A stretch of DNA of 64,000 nt from Candidatus Micrarchaeota archaeon (GTDB taxonomy: Archaea > Micrarchaeota > Micrarchaeia > Micrarchaeales > Micrarchaeaceae), in assembly GCA_021792395.1 (NCBI GenBank), contig JAJYUR010000002.1:5592-69591 (forward strand), written 5' to 3'. Numbering within the stretch: the first letter of the stretch is position 1; every line of letters begins with the position of its first letter. Positions 45,863-58,013 of this stretch are shown here, in pieces. The notes beneath the pieces were generated by a model. That model was not told the DNA's origin. It saw only the letters and a list, made by a program, of their open reading frames with translations, and did not search any database. A program made the position numbers and the translations under genes.

Positions 45863-46354
45863 ATGACAAAATCAAAGGAACGCGCCGCCAGCTCCTCTGA
45901 ACTATTTGGAAAAGACGCATTCTTCCACATAATGGACAAGATGCAACATATAAAAGAGAAGCAGATATTAGAATTAAACGAGCTCTATGAAAAGTCCAAC
46001 CTCAGCAACATAAAAAGCATAATATCAGATATAATAAGCATGGCTGAACAGAGCAGGATTTTCTTAACCGAAATAAAATCAAAACCAAATCCAATCATTA
46101 TAGAAAGGCAGAGGGACTATGCAATGTACGATCATCTTCTATCGGACGATATAAGCATCGAATCCGGAGATGTCGAGAGCCTGCTCAAGGCAACATTGAA
46201 GAAATCAAACGATATTGTAGGTGTGCTTTCGATTCTTAAATTAAACTACGGTCCAGACCTGAGAAGGCGCCTCGAAGCGCTGGAAAATAACGAGATACAG
46301 AACAAAAACAAGATATCCAATCTTTTAGATACATTCATCTACCGCGGTTGGTAA
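45863..46354 (+). CDS. hypothetical protein (helical/coiled-coil)
   Basis: 163-aa ORF with no recognised motif. Confidence 0.4.
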   Translation: MTKSKERAASSSELFGKDAFFHIMDKMQHIKEKQILELNELYEKSNLSNIKSIISDIISMAEQSRIFLTEIKSKPNPIIIERQRDYAMYDHLLSDDISIESGDVESLLKATLKKSNDIVGVLSILKLNYGPDLRRRLEALENNEIQNKNKISNLLDTFIYRGW

Positions 46355-46424
46355 TTGATAATATATTGCTTCAGGCCCTGTGCGGAGCAACTATTTTATA
46401 CCTGAACTCCGATAAAGGCTTGGT

Positions 46425-46835
46425 GTGACTTTGACCGATGATTGCATATTCTGCAGCCTTTCCAAGTCAAAAGACATTTTATACAGGGACGAGGTATGCT
46501 ATGTAATACCTGACAAGTATCCCATATCAAAAGGCCACGTCCTTGTTGTGACCAACAGGCACTTTGTCGATATAACAGATGCGGATGATGACACTGTGGC
46601 CCACATTGCAGTAGTGGCAAAGAAGTTTGCAGTGCTGTCTATAGAACGGCTGCATGCCGAAGGCGTTAATGTGGGCACCAACATAGGAATAGCGGCAGGG
46701 CAGGCAATCATGCATGCGCACATACATGTAATACCAAGGTATAAGGGGCAGGGCAGAAACTTCAATTATGGCAAAAACGAGGAAATAAAGCAGAATGAAA
46801 AAGAGGAACTAAAATCCATTCTTGTATTGCAATAA
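46425..46835 (+). CDS. HIT-family nucleotide hydrolase/transferase
   Basis: CIFCSL...YPISKGHVLVV...HAHIHVIPRY (histidine triad). Confidence 0.85.
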   Translation: MTLTDDCIFCSLSKSKDILYRDEVCYVIPDKYPISKGHVLVVTNRHFVDITDADDDTVAHIAVVAKKFAVLSIERLHAEGVNVGTNIGIAAGQAIMHAHIHVIPRYKGQGRNFNYGKNEEIKQNEKEELKSILVLQ

Positions 46836-46846
46836 GCATAAAATTA

Positions 46847-47872
46847 ATGTGTTTCGAATTATCAGATAAAGGTGTTTTTCTGGCAGAACTACCAAAGGTT
46901 ATAGAAACAAAGATGAAAAAGCAAGGATACCATTTCATAGGCAGGCATTCCGCTGTGAAAATATGCGAATATACTGCCAATGGGTTAAGAGGGGAAACAC
47001 TTTGCTATAAATATTCTTTTTATGGGATAAAAAGCTGGCAGTGCATCCAAGGCACACCTGCGATAGGGTGTGATATAGCATGCAAATTCTGCTGGAGGCT
47101 CATACCTGAAGAGATAGGTGTCAAATGGAACGAGCTCAATGCTGTAAGCGAATGGGACGACCCCAAAGACATAGTCGATGGCATGATAATGGAGCAGAAG
47201 CGCATAGTCAGCGGGTTCAAGGCTACGGCCGACACGCCTTTGAAGTTGAAGCGCTGGGAAGAGGCCAACGATCCCAAACACGTGGCCATAAGCCTAACTG
47301 GCGAACCGACCTTCTATCCAAAGCTCAAGGCGCTCATATCCGAATTCCATAAGCGGGGCATAAGCACGTTCCTGGTTACAAATGGCACGCTTCCAGAAGC
47401 CATAGAAAAGCTAGATCCGTTGCCTACCCAGATATACATATCGCTGCAAGCCCCAGATGAAAAAAGCTATATTCAAATTACGCGCCCAAAGATACCCGAT
47501 ACATGGAAAAGGTTCCTGAAATCGCTATCGCTTCTCAAAGACATAAAAACAAGGACGGTATTGAGGATGACACTGATAAAAGGCCTGAACATGCATAATC
47601 CTGAAGGATATGCTGAACTGATAAGGATGGCGCAGCCCAATTATGTAGAAGTCAAAGGTTTTTCATACGTGGGAGGTGCCAGAGGCGAAGATCGTGGACT
47701 AAGCCTCACGAGCATGCCGAACCACGATGAGATAAAAGCATTTGCGCATAAGCTTTCAGAATTGGCCGGATACATAGAAACTGCAGAGCATAAGCCCAGC
47801 AGAATAGAGCTCCTCTCTAGGGATGAGCAGTCTGCAAAAAGCAGGATAATTGACTTTTCCAAAATACATTGA
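46847..47872 (+). CDS. taw1: 4-demethylwyosine synthase Taw1/TYW1 (radical SAM)
   Basis: GYHFIGRHSAVKIC...CYK..FYGI.SWQC, radical SAM cluster CDIACKFCWR, ISLTGEPTFYP and VEVKGFSYVG. Confidence 0.8.
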   Translation: MCFELSDKGVFLAELPKVIETKMKKQGYHFIGRHSAVKICEYTANGLRGETLCYKYSFYGIKSWQCIQGTPAIGCDIACKFCWRLIPEEIGVKWNELNAVSEWDDPKDIVDGMIMEQKRIVSGFKATADTPLKLKRWEEANDPKHVAISLTGEPTFYPKLKALISEFHKRGISTFLVTNGTLPEAIEKLDPLPTQIYISLQAPDEKSYIQITRPKIPDTWKRFLKSLSLLKDIKTRTVLRMTLIKGLNMHNPEGYAELIRMAQPNYVEVKGFSYVGGARGEDRGLSLTSMPNHDEIKAFAHKLSELAGYIETAEHKPSRIELLSRDEQSAKSRIIDFSKIH

Positions 47873-47876
47873 CGAT

Positions 47877-48560
47877 TCAGGATTTAGTATCTGCCTTTCC
47901 CTGTGCATAAAGCTCAGATGCAAGCTTGAATCTGGATACGGAATGTGCTACAACCTTGCCCTTGCCTTCAAATTTCGCCAGGAATATGCCCTCGCCCGCG
48001 AACATCATGCTGCGTATGTTGTCTACTGAGGTTATTTTATATTTAAGGGTGTTGTCAAATCCCGCAATATGTCCTGGATCTATCTCTAGAGGTTCGGTTC
48101 CGTCGAGCGTGTACTCCACTATGTCTCCAACAACATGCAAGAATACGCTTCCTGGGCCTACGAACTTCTGCAGTATCAACCCTGCCCCTCCGAAGAATGC
48201 AACGCCTATGCCTACCGTTTCGATTGTAAACTTTACCTGCTCTGTTGCGGCTATGAATGCATAGTGCTCTGCAGCAAACGATTCTCCTGCAGCTAACTGC
48301 ACTTCGTATGCCTTCCCAGGCAGCACCCCGCCTATGGTGACGTTTCCAGGTCCTCCTTCTGCCTTGAATTCTGTAAGAAATCCTGTTGCACCTGTCGCCT
48401 TCCTCTCTATCGCGCCCACAATCCCCCCTGCGAGCTTTGGCATCATCTTTATGTTCTTGCTTTTGCTGACAAGCTTTCCTGCATCTGAAAAAATGCCCTC
48501 TCCCTCATTAAGCTTTATATTTATTACCTGCATGCTATGCCCGATTATCTGGTACTCCAT
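47877..48560 (-). CDS. AIM24/TIGR00266-family protein (DUF124)
   Basis: MEYQIIGHSMQVINIKLNEGEGIFSDAGKLV...GEGIFLAKFEGKGKV, characteristic of this family. Confidence 0.65.
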   Translation of the reverse strand: MEYQIIGHSMQVINIKLNEGEGIFSDAGKLVSKSKNIKMMPKLAGGIVGAIERKATGATGFLTEFKAEGGPGNVTIGGVLPGKAYEVQLAAGESFAAEHYAFIAATEQVKFTIETVGIGVAFFGGAGLILQKFVGPGSVFLHVVGDIVEYTLDGTEPLEIDPGHIAGFDNTLKYKITSVDNIRSMMFAGEGIFLAKFEGKGKVVAHSVSRFKLASELYAQGKADTKS

Positions 48561-48599
48561 ACTATCGGATAATAATCAAAATAAAAAACTAAAAATGTA

Positions 48600-48917
48600 C
48601 TAGCTAACGAAATGCACACGCATGTCAGTCCCGCAGTTCATGCAGGTGACTATATAAGACCTATCCTTGGCAAGTATTCGCAACGTGCAATTCATTCCTG
48701 GGATTAGCACAAAATTGCATTTTTTGCATATGCTGCGCCTGATTGCTTTCGGCATCCTGACCTTGTAGTGCATGCTTATCTTGCGCATCAGCTTTACGTG
48801 CCTTGCTGCCAGTCCAACATCTGCCCCGTTTGAAAACTCGTTGTGTGCTATGTCATACAGGATGCTTATCCGTTCTGCAGCTATCCTCTTGACCATGCCC
48901 TTGTTGCTCTTAGCCAT
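48600..48917 (-). CDS. rnp4: RNase P protein component 4 (Rpp21/Rpr2)
   Basis: RIAAERISILYDIA...RRSICKKCNFVLIPGMNCTLRI...CMNCG zinc ribbon. Confidence 0.8.
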   Translation of the reverse strand: MAKSNKGMVKRIAAERISILYDIAHNEFSNGADVGLAARHVKLMRKISMHYKVRMPKAIRRSICKKCNFVLIPGMNCTLRILAKDRSYIVTCMNCGTDMRVHFVS

Positions 48918-48926
48918 CTATACACT

Positions 48927-49448
48927 TTATTTGACGCCCAGTTTTTCTATCAGCTGGTCAAGGCTTTCCTCTATATTGCGCGAATCTCTTATGGTTACCA
49001 GATTGCCTGACATTTCAATCTGGCTATCTGCCGGCACGCCATGGAAAAGCAGCACTAGCCTTTTCAGTTCGTCATTGCTTGCAGCAGCTACCTGCTTATT
49101 TTTTATTATGTTAGCCCTTGCTGGAATTTTCACGGCATTGTCTACTGCACAGACGTATCTGCCCGCGTTGTTGAACTTCATCACCAGGTCTAAAAGGGGC
49201 CTAAATTCGAATAGCTTATACGAGTCTATGCCAATGCCATCGACTATGAATATGCCGCTGTAATCCAAAGCATTGACCTTCCCAGCATTTATGCTAGGCA
49301 TGGACCTTGACCCGTGATAACCTATGCACTCCTTTGTGCTATAGCTTGATATATCGTAGCTTATACCCCATCTGTCGAAAAGCATCTTTACCATAGAAAG
49401 CGTTTCGTCCTTGAAATCCTTTGGTGCTATGAATATCAGAAATTTCAT
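48927..49448 (-). CDS. DJ-1/PfpI-like protein (nucleophile Cys not in the canonical position)
   Basis: MKFLIFIAPKDFKDETL..., YSGIFIVDG and RYVCAVDNAV fit the DJ-1/PfpI fold pattern, but the catalytic motif is degenerate. Confidence 0.4.
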   Translation of the reverse strand: MKFLIFIAPKDFKDETLSMVKMLFDRWGISYDISSYSTKECIGYHGSRSMPSINAGKVNALDYSGIFIVDGIGIDSYKLFEFRPLLDLVMKFNNAGRYVCAVDNAVKIPARANIIKNKQVAAASNDELKRLVLLFHGVPADSQIEMSGNLVTIRDSRNIEESLDQLIEKLGVK

Positions 49449-49494
49449 TCAATCAGAAGTAATTCCACTGATAAATATTTATGCATTTTTGATT

Positions 49495-49908
49495 TTAGCG
49501 TATCTCCCGCGAAATCCTGGCAAGCTTGTGCCCTTTTGCTTTAAGCTCCATCTCATAGAAATATCCAAATGACATAAGGAGGACTTCAAAATTCCTGTCT
49601 GCAAGCCTCTGCCTTAATTCCACCATCATTGCATTTGCTTCAGCCGGAGGCGCAAGATCCGCAAACATGTGCGCAAAGGGATTCAGCACGAGCGTAGATA
49701 CACCCACATTCCCTGATATCCTGATTATCTCGCCTACTGCCCTATCTATTATATCAACTTTGTTTTTGCTGTCATCCTTCTCAAAACTTATGAAAAGCAG
49801 GAGTGAATTTTTTACTTTTATCTCTAGTGGCTCGGCTATCACATCAGACCTTCCCTTTTCAGTAGGTATGGCATTCAGGTAATCAAGATGCCACGCCATA
49901 AATCTCAA
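49495..49908 (-). CDS. free-standing archaeal ThrRS-type editing domain (tRNA-Thr-ED)
   Basis: 137 aa. LLFISFEKDD, LVLNPFAHMFADLAPP and SFGYFYEMELKAKGHKLARISREI closely parallel the N-terminal editing domain of archaeal threonyl-tRNA synthetases. Confidence 0.7.
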   Translation of the reverse strand: MRFMAWHLDYLNAIPTEKGRSDVIAEPLEIKVKNSLLLFISFEKDDSKNKVDIIDRAVGEIIRISGNVGVSTLVLNPFAHMFADLAPPAEANAMMVELRQRLADRNFEVLLMSFGYFYEMELKAKGHKLARISREIR

Positions 49909-49968
49909 CGAGATACGCCTCTTATAGCAACCAGCATGGCAGATTGCTCTAAATACGACACGTTCGCA

Positions 49969-50712
49969 TCAGCTCTCCATATACGGCGCCAGGAAATACG
50001 CCAGCTTTGCATCGCCTATTCCGTAGTCTATCCTTATCGGCTCATCAGTTTTCATCGAAAGCACTACGGAAGAACTGGACGGGCATGCATTTATTATCCT
50101 TTGCAGATATTCCAGGTTGAACGTTACGGACGCAGCTTTGCCTACATCCAACTTCTTTATTATCTCAGCGTTGTTCAAGTGCTCCTCTTCAAGCTCGCCG
50201 GCATCTCCCTTTGCAGACACGACAAAGGATTCCTTTGCGGTCTTAAAGCTTATATAGGTGGAAAGCAGGTTGGCATCCTTCAATATCTCCTTCAGCGAAT
50301 CGCTTTTTACCTCAACGGTAGATTCGAACTCTACTTTTGGCTCCTTATCCGCTTCCTTGCGCACATCGATCATAGGCAGTTTATACCTCCTCTTGCTCTG
50401 CTGCCCTATGAATTCCATCGCGAACTTGTTGTTCGCATCTTTCATAGACAGCTGTTCGCCTGATCGTCCGCTTGAAAGTATCTTACTGAGATTGTCAAGG
50501 TTGAGCCCTACGCTTACCTGTTTGTCTACCTCGTATTTGGAAAAAGCCTTGTTGGGTATGAAAAATGATACCATGCTGATCCCTGATGGGTCCATTGCCT
50601 TAAGGGATATGCCTTCCTTGCTTATATTGAATGAACCTTCATCAACCAGGCTCACAATAGAGTCAACGCAATTTTTCCAGTATTTCGCATCATCAATCTT
50701 TATTTCGAACAT
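49969..50712 (-). CDS. pcn: DNA polymerase sliding clamp PCNA
   Basis: 247 aa: MFEIKIDDAKYWKNCVDSIVSLVDEGSFNISKEGISLKAMDPSGISMVSF, ending ...YFLAPYMES. Confidence 0.9.
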   Translation of the reverse strand: MFEIKIDDAKYWKNCVDSIVSLVDEGSFNISKEGISLKAMDPSGISMVSFFIPNKAFSKYEVDKQVSVGLNLDNLSKILSSGRSGEQLSMKDANNKFAMEFIGQQSKRRYKLPMIDVRKEADKEPKVEFESTVEVKSDSLKEILKDANLLSTYISFKTAKESFVVSAKGDAGELEEEHLNNAEIIKKLDVGKAASVTFNLEYLQRIINACPSSSSVVLSMKTDEPIRIDYGIGDAKLAYFLAPYMES

Positions 50713-50817
50713 AAAATCACTATAATTAGCACTAATATTAACCTAAAAAGTAATAAAAACATTCCCAAAACTCACCATTAAATATCTGTTAATGGGAAGC
50801 AATTATGAGGTATTTTA

Positions 50818-51927
50818 TTGACAACTGCGGAAAAGCCCGGAGTAGCAATAAAGGAACAGATGGCGCCTTTCCTTAGAGGGAACAGCTTGAAGGACTTCAA
50901 TGCGGAGATGAAATCAGAGGTTTCAAGCTTAATAAAAAAATATGTTTCTGAAGCGGCAGAAGCTATGCATCTTGAATCGGAAAAAGGGGAATATTCAAAA
51001 TTGCTGAATGATTACATATCAAGGCCAAGCCATTACAGCAGGCCCCTGCTCGTAATGCTAACATCAGGACTTTATGGGAATGAAGGCTCCAGCGCCCTAA
51101 AGCTCGCATCTGCAGTGCAGTTGTCCGAGGAATGGATGCTGGTGCTTGACGACATACAGGATAAGGCGGAGATGCGGAGAGGGGAAAAAACTCTGCATAA
51201 ATTATATGGCGAGCAGATTGCAGGACTTGCATCGGCAACACTGGAGTCGGCAATGCACTTCATATTATCGGATTACGTTATTGAAGAGCCAGGCAAGGCC
51301 AAAGCAAAAAGAGTCTATGATGCATTCAGGCATATAGGCTATCGTACCGCTGCCGGGCAGTATCTAGATCTGAAGTTCACCTATCATATAAAAGATTTTA
51401 GCAAAGTGGATACCGACTTCTATTACTCTATGGTGGATGGAAAGACATCAACCTATACGGTGTATGGCCCTATGGTAATAGGTGCCCTTGCATCCGGAAA
51501 GACTGGGAAAACAATAGAAATGCTTACTACTATAGGCAAAGCTGCGGGCGCCGCATTTCAGATAGCTGACGATATAATAGATTTTGAGCCTTACGCTAAA
51601 ACAGGCAAGCAGCAATATGGTGATCTATATGAAGGCAAGTTGAACTTCGTCATGCTTGATGCATTCAGGGCATCTACTGCAGAAGAACGCAGTAGGATAC
51701 TTGAAATATATGCAAAAAACAGGGAGTCCAAGACACCATCCGATATAGACTATCTTGTATCTCTGGTTGAAAAATATGACTCCATAAGCCATTCGATTAT
51801 TGAAAAGGACAAATGCGCAGGCAAAGCTGCATCCGATCTCCTAAACTATTCACCGCTCATACCAAAAAACAAATACAGGGACTGGATTGCAGCTGCACTA
51901 ATGAAACTGTACAACCGGGAGATCTAA
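50818..51927 (+). CDS. trans-polyprenyl diphosphate synthase (GGPP synthase family)
   Basis: First Asp-rich motif LVLDDIQD...RRG and second FQIADDIIDF. TTG start in the track. Confidence 0.8.
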   Translation: MTTAEKPGVAIKEQMAPFLRGNSLKDFNAEMKSEVSSLIKKYVSEAAEAMHLESEKGEYSKLLNDYISRPSHYSRPLLVMLTSGLYGNEGSSALKLASAVQLSEEWMLVLDDIQDKAEMRRGEKTLHKLYGEQIAGLASATLESAMHFILSDYVIEEPGKAKAKRVYDAFRHIGYRTAAGQYLDLKFTYHIKDFSKVDTDFYYSMVDGKTSTYTVYGPMVIGALASGKTGKTIEMLTTIGKAAGAAFQIADDIIDFEPYAKTGKQQYGDLYEGKLNFVMLDAFRASTAEERSRILEIYAKNRESKTPSDIDYLVSLVEKYDSISHSIIEKDKCAGKAASDLLNYSPLIPKNKYRDWIAAALMKLYNREI

Positions 51928-53240
51928 CCTCTGCTTATTTTTGCCACTGCCTCTTCAAATATGTCTAGGCCCTTCTCTATATTATCCATGCCTGCATTCA
52001 ATGCCGGTATGATGCGTATGGTAGACATTCCTGAGGGAAGCAACAGCAAACCTTTGTTGAAGCATTCCAAAAGTATCTTTTCTACCTGTTCCGCTGCAGG
52101 TTCCTTTGTTTTTTTATCCTTGACAAATTCAACACCTATCATGAGCCCTATGCCTCTAACATCTCCGACTATATCATATTTATCTTTCATCTCGTTTAGC
52201 CTGCGCATCATGTAGCTGCTCCTTTTCATTATGCCTGATGCAAGGCCCTTCATATTCCTTCGCAGGTATTCCAATGATGCATTGGCAGCGGCAACCGCTA
52301 CAAGATTGCCTCCGAATGTGTTGGCATGCGCCCCTTTAGGTATATTGCCCAGCGAAGACCGCGTAACTGTAGCTGCGAATGGCAATCCACCTCCTAACGA
52401 TTTTGCCATCGTGTATATGTCCGCATCTACTCCAAAGTTCTCCATTGCTAGGAATTTTCCTGTTCTCATATACCCTGATTGCACCTCATCAGCAACAAGC
52501 AGTGCGCCGATATCGTCTGCGGTTTTCCTGATCTTTTTCACGAATTCCTTAGGGGGCACGATGTAGCCTCCCTCCCCCTGTATGGGCTCCATAAATATTG
52601 CTGCTACCTCATTTTCCGGCACTGCCTTGGACAAGATTTCCTTTTTTATAACGTCGGCGCAGGCTATGCCGCATGACGGGTATTCGAGCTTCAATGGGCA
52701 TCTATAGCAGTATGCGTACGGTGCATGCGTTACGTTCGGAAACGGACCGAAATGTTTCCTCTGTATGGCTTTTGATGCAGTGAGCCCCAGCGATCCGCCT
52801 GTCCTGCCGTGGAATGCCCCGTAAAACGCTATGATATGGCTTCTATCTGTAAACAGTTTTGCGAACTTTATCGCCGCTTCGTTTGCCTCGGTTCCAGAGT
52901 TTGAAAAGAAAACCCTCCCAAAGCCTTTTGGCATGAAGCTTATGAGCTTCTCTGCGAATGCGACTGGTTTTTCGTTGTAATAATCGGTAAACGCAGAATG
53001 CATAAGCAGGTCTATCTGCTTCTTTGCTGCATCCCTAACCTCTTTGTTTGCATTAACCCCTATGTTGTAAACCGATATGAATGTTGAGAAATCTATAAAC
53101 CTGTTGCCCTCTATGTCATATACAAAATCGCCATCTCCGCGGTCTGGCACGAAAGGATAGCTCTCCCTTGTAGTGTTAATCATTACCTTAGAATCCCTTT
53201 TGATGACACTCCTTGTCTTATCTCCTATCTTTACCGCCAT
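51924..53240 (-). CDS. class III pyridoxal-phosphate aminotransferase (GABA/ornithine aminotransferase family)
   Basis: SNSGTEANEAAIK, ADEVQSG, TMAKSLGGGLP (Lys) and TFGGN. The preferred start is the ATG at 53238-53240 (MAVKIGD), not the longer track ORF. Confidence 0.8.
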   Translation of the reverse strand: MAVKIGDKTRSVIKRDSKVMINTTRESYPFVPDRGDGDFVYDIEGNRFIDFSTFISVYNIGVNANKEVRDAAKKQIDLLMHSAFTDYYNEKPVAFAEKLISFMPKGFGRVFFSNSGTEANEAAIKFAKLFTDRSHIIAFYGAFHGRTGGSLGLTASKAIQRKHFGPFPNVTHAPYAYCYRCPLKLEYPSCGIACADVIKKEILSKAVPENEVAAIFMEPIQGEGGYIVPPKEFVKKIRKTADDIGALLVADEVQSGYMRTGKFLAMENFGVDADIYTMAKSLGGGLPFAATVTRSSLGNIPKGAHANTFGGNLVAVAAANASLEYLRRNMKGLASGIMKRSSYMMRRLNEMKDKYDIVGDVRGIGLMIGVEFVKDKKTKEPAAEQVEKILLECFNKGLLLLPSGMSTIRIIPALNAGMDNIEKGLDIFEEAVAKISRG

Positions 53241-53310
53241 GCAAATCCCTGTATGAAATTTGCAGGTTAAATCTAAATATTTATTACGCCCCAATGCATA
53301 TCGTGATAAT

Positions 53311-53451
53311 ATGGACAACAAGGAAGATGCACATGCAAGGCTTTACAAGAAGGAGTTCCATGAAGTTGATTATCTTGATGTGAAATGCCCGTTGTGCAAT
53401 TCGCGCATAGACGAATACGGATATTGTGCATGCGGAGCTGGAGATTCCTGA
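53311..53451 (+). CDS. possible small zinc-ribbon protein (46 aa)
   Basis: The ATG at 53311 gives MDNKEDAH...VKCPLCNSRIDEYGYCACGAGDS (CxxC...CxC). AT-rich TATA-like tract at 53266-53285. Confidence 0.3.
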   Translation: MDNKEDAHARLYKKEFHEVDYLDVKCPLCNSRIDEYGYCACGAGDS

Positions 53452-53458
53452 TTTCGGG

Positions 53459-56240
<2,782 letters not shown>

Positions 56241-56320
56241 AATTTCTAGTTAAATTATTAATAACCTTCCAAAAGTATTATTAAATGAAATACAAGGAAA
56301 ACAAAAAGCGGTAAAATAAT

Positions 56321-57871
56321 ATGCCCGAAAGCAATGATCGCAATGCTAAAGAGATCCATCACTGGTCCGTACAGTTAGCCGAAAGCGTGGCTGCGGAAAA
56401 AAGCCCTCCTTTTGTGATAACCGGAGGCATGACTACGAGCGGGCCAGCCCATCTTGGCACAGTATGCGAATTCCTATATCCATCGGTAATAAAAAAGGCT
56501 ATGGAAAATCTTGGCAACAAGATAGAATTTCATTTTATAGGGGACATAATGGATGCATTTGATGGCATACCAGAAGAGATGAAAAAGTATTCTGAAGTGC
56601 TTGCTCCTGAACTTGGGAAGCCGCTTGCATATACCATAGATCCAGAAGGATGCCATAGCTCTTTCGGTGAACATTATCTATCACAGGCCGTTGACATAAT
56701 GCACAAGCTCAAGCTCGAAATAGATGTGATAAAAGCCACTGATCTGTATTCCAGCGGCGCATTCGACCCTTACACCAAAATGTACCTGAAAGAAGAAGAC
56801 AGTGTACGCGGGATAGTCGCCAGAACGTCAGCGAGGGAGGTCAAAGACCTAAAAGACTGGAGCCCAATCATGCCGATATGCGAGAAATGCGGCAAGATAG
56901 CGACCACCCGCGTTACAAAGCACGATGATACTAATTACGAATATGCTTGCGATAGAGACGTAGGATATACAAAAGGATGCGGCTACAACGGCAAGAACAG
57001 CATATATGACCACAAATACAAGCTGCAATGGCGCCTCCACTGGCCTACGTGGCAGGCATACTTTAACACCAGCATAGAGGGTTCTGGCATCGACCACATG
57101 ACTAAAGGGGGAAGCAAGGACACGGCATATGCATTCCTGAAAGAATTCCTGAAGCGCAACCCTCCTATATATTATAAATACGGGTTCGTGCTGTTCCACG
57201 GCAAGAAATACTCCAAGAGCAAAGGCATAGGGCCCAGCGTGGCGGAGATATTGAAACTCATGCCGCCAGAGCTTTTGGCGTATATGCTGGTGCTCCCTAA
57301 TCTAGAGCAGAACAAGGACATAGATCCAACTGGAGAAAAGCTTGTGCAGATTTACGAAGAAATAGAAAGGATATCGAAGCTGGAGCATGCGGATAACAGG
57401 GCGGATCAGAAGAAGCTGGACGTCTTCAAAACGACCATAAAAACCCTTCCATGGAAAGCGCCGTTCATAGACATACTGATGAATTATCAAATATACAAGG
57501 AAATGGATAAAGTGGCAGATGCGGTGGGCGACAGGCAAGGCGTTGAATACCTGTCGCAATACCTTGAAGAATGGGTAAGCCAAGGGTACGCCCCGGAAAA
57601 ATACAACTTTTCGATATCGCCTTCAAAGGTGTCAGAGCACAAGGATGCTGTCAAGCTGTTCATCGATTCCCTATCAAGCAATATGGGTCCCATTGATATA
57701 CATAATCTTGTCTACGAAGTTGCCAAGAGCAAGGACATCGAGCCAACAGAGATGTTCAAGATATTGTATAAAGCCACAATAAACAAGGACACTGGCCCCA
57801 GATTTGGAAAATTGGCGCATGCGATAGGAATAAAAGAGGTCAAAGACATGCTTGAGAAAGCCATATCCTAA
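56321..57871 (+). CDS. lysK: lysyl-tRNA synthetase, class I
   Basis: GMTTSGPAHLGTVCEF (HIGH-like), Cys cluster (CEKCGK...) and KYSKSKG (KMSKS-like). Confidence 0.85.
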   Translation: MPESNDRNAKEIHHWSVQLAESVAAEKSPPFVITGGMTTSGPAHLGTVCEFLYPSVIKKAMENLGNKIEFHFIGDIMDAFDGIPEEMKKYSEVLAPELGKPLAYTIDPEGCHSSFGEHYLSQAVDIMHKLKLEIDVIKATDLYSSGAFDPYTKMYLKEEDSVRGIVARTSAREVKDLKDWSPIMPICEKCGKIATTRVTKHDDTNYEYACDRDVGYTKGCGYNGKNSIYDHKYKLQWRLHWPTWQAYFNTSIEGSGIDHMTKGGSKDTAYAFLKEFLKRNPPIYYKYGFVLFHGKKYSKSKGIGPSVAEILKLMPPELLAYMLVLPNLEQNKDIDPTGEKLVQIYEEIERISKLEHADNRADQKKLDVFKTTIKTLPWKAPFIDILMNYQIYKEMDKVADAVGDRQGVEYLSQYLEEWVSQGYAPEKYNFSISPSKVSEHKDAVKLFIDSLSSNMGPIDIHNLVYEVAKSKDIEPTEMFKILYKATINKDTGPRFGKLAHAIGIKEVKDMLEKAIS

Positions 57872-58013
57872 TATAAGAAAATTGGCATAGCTTCGCTGCA
57901 TTATAATAGCACTGCAATAAACTCAATAACTATATATCTGTATGATTGATAAGCCAGATGTATAACTGCACTCTATACTATCCAAAAACAAACGTGATAA
58001 CATCTCTATAACT

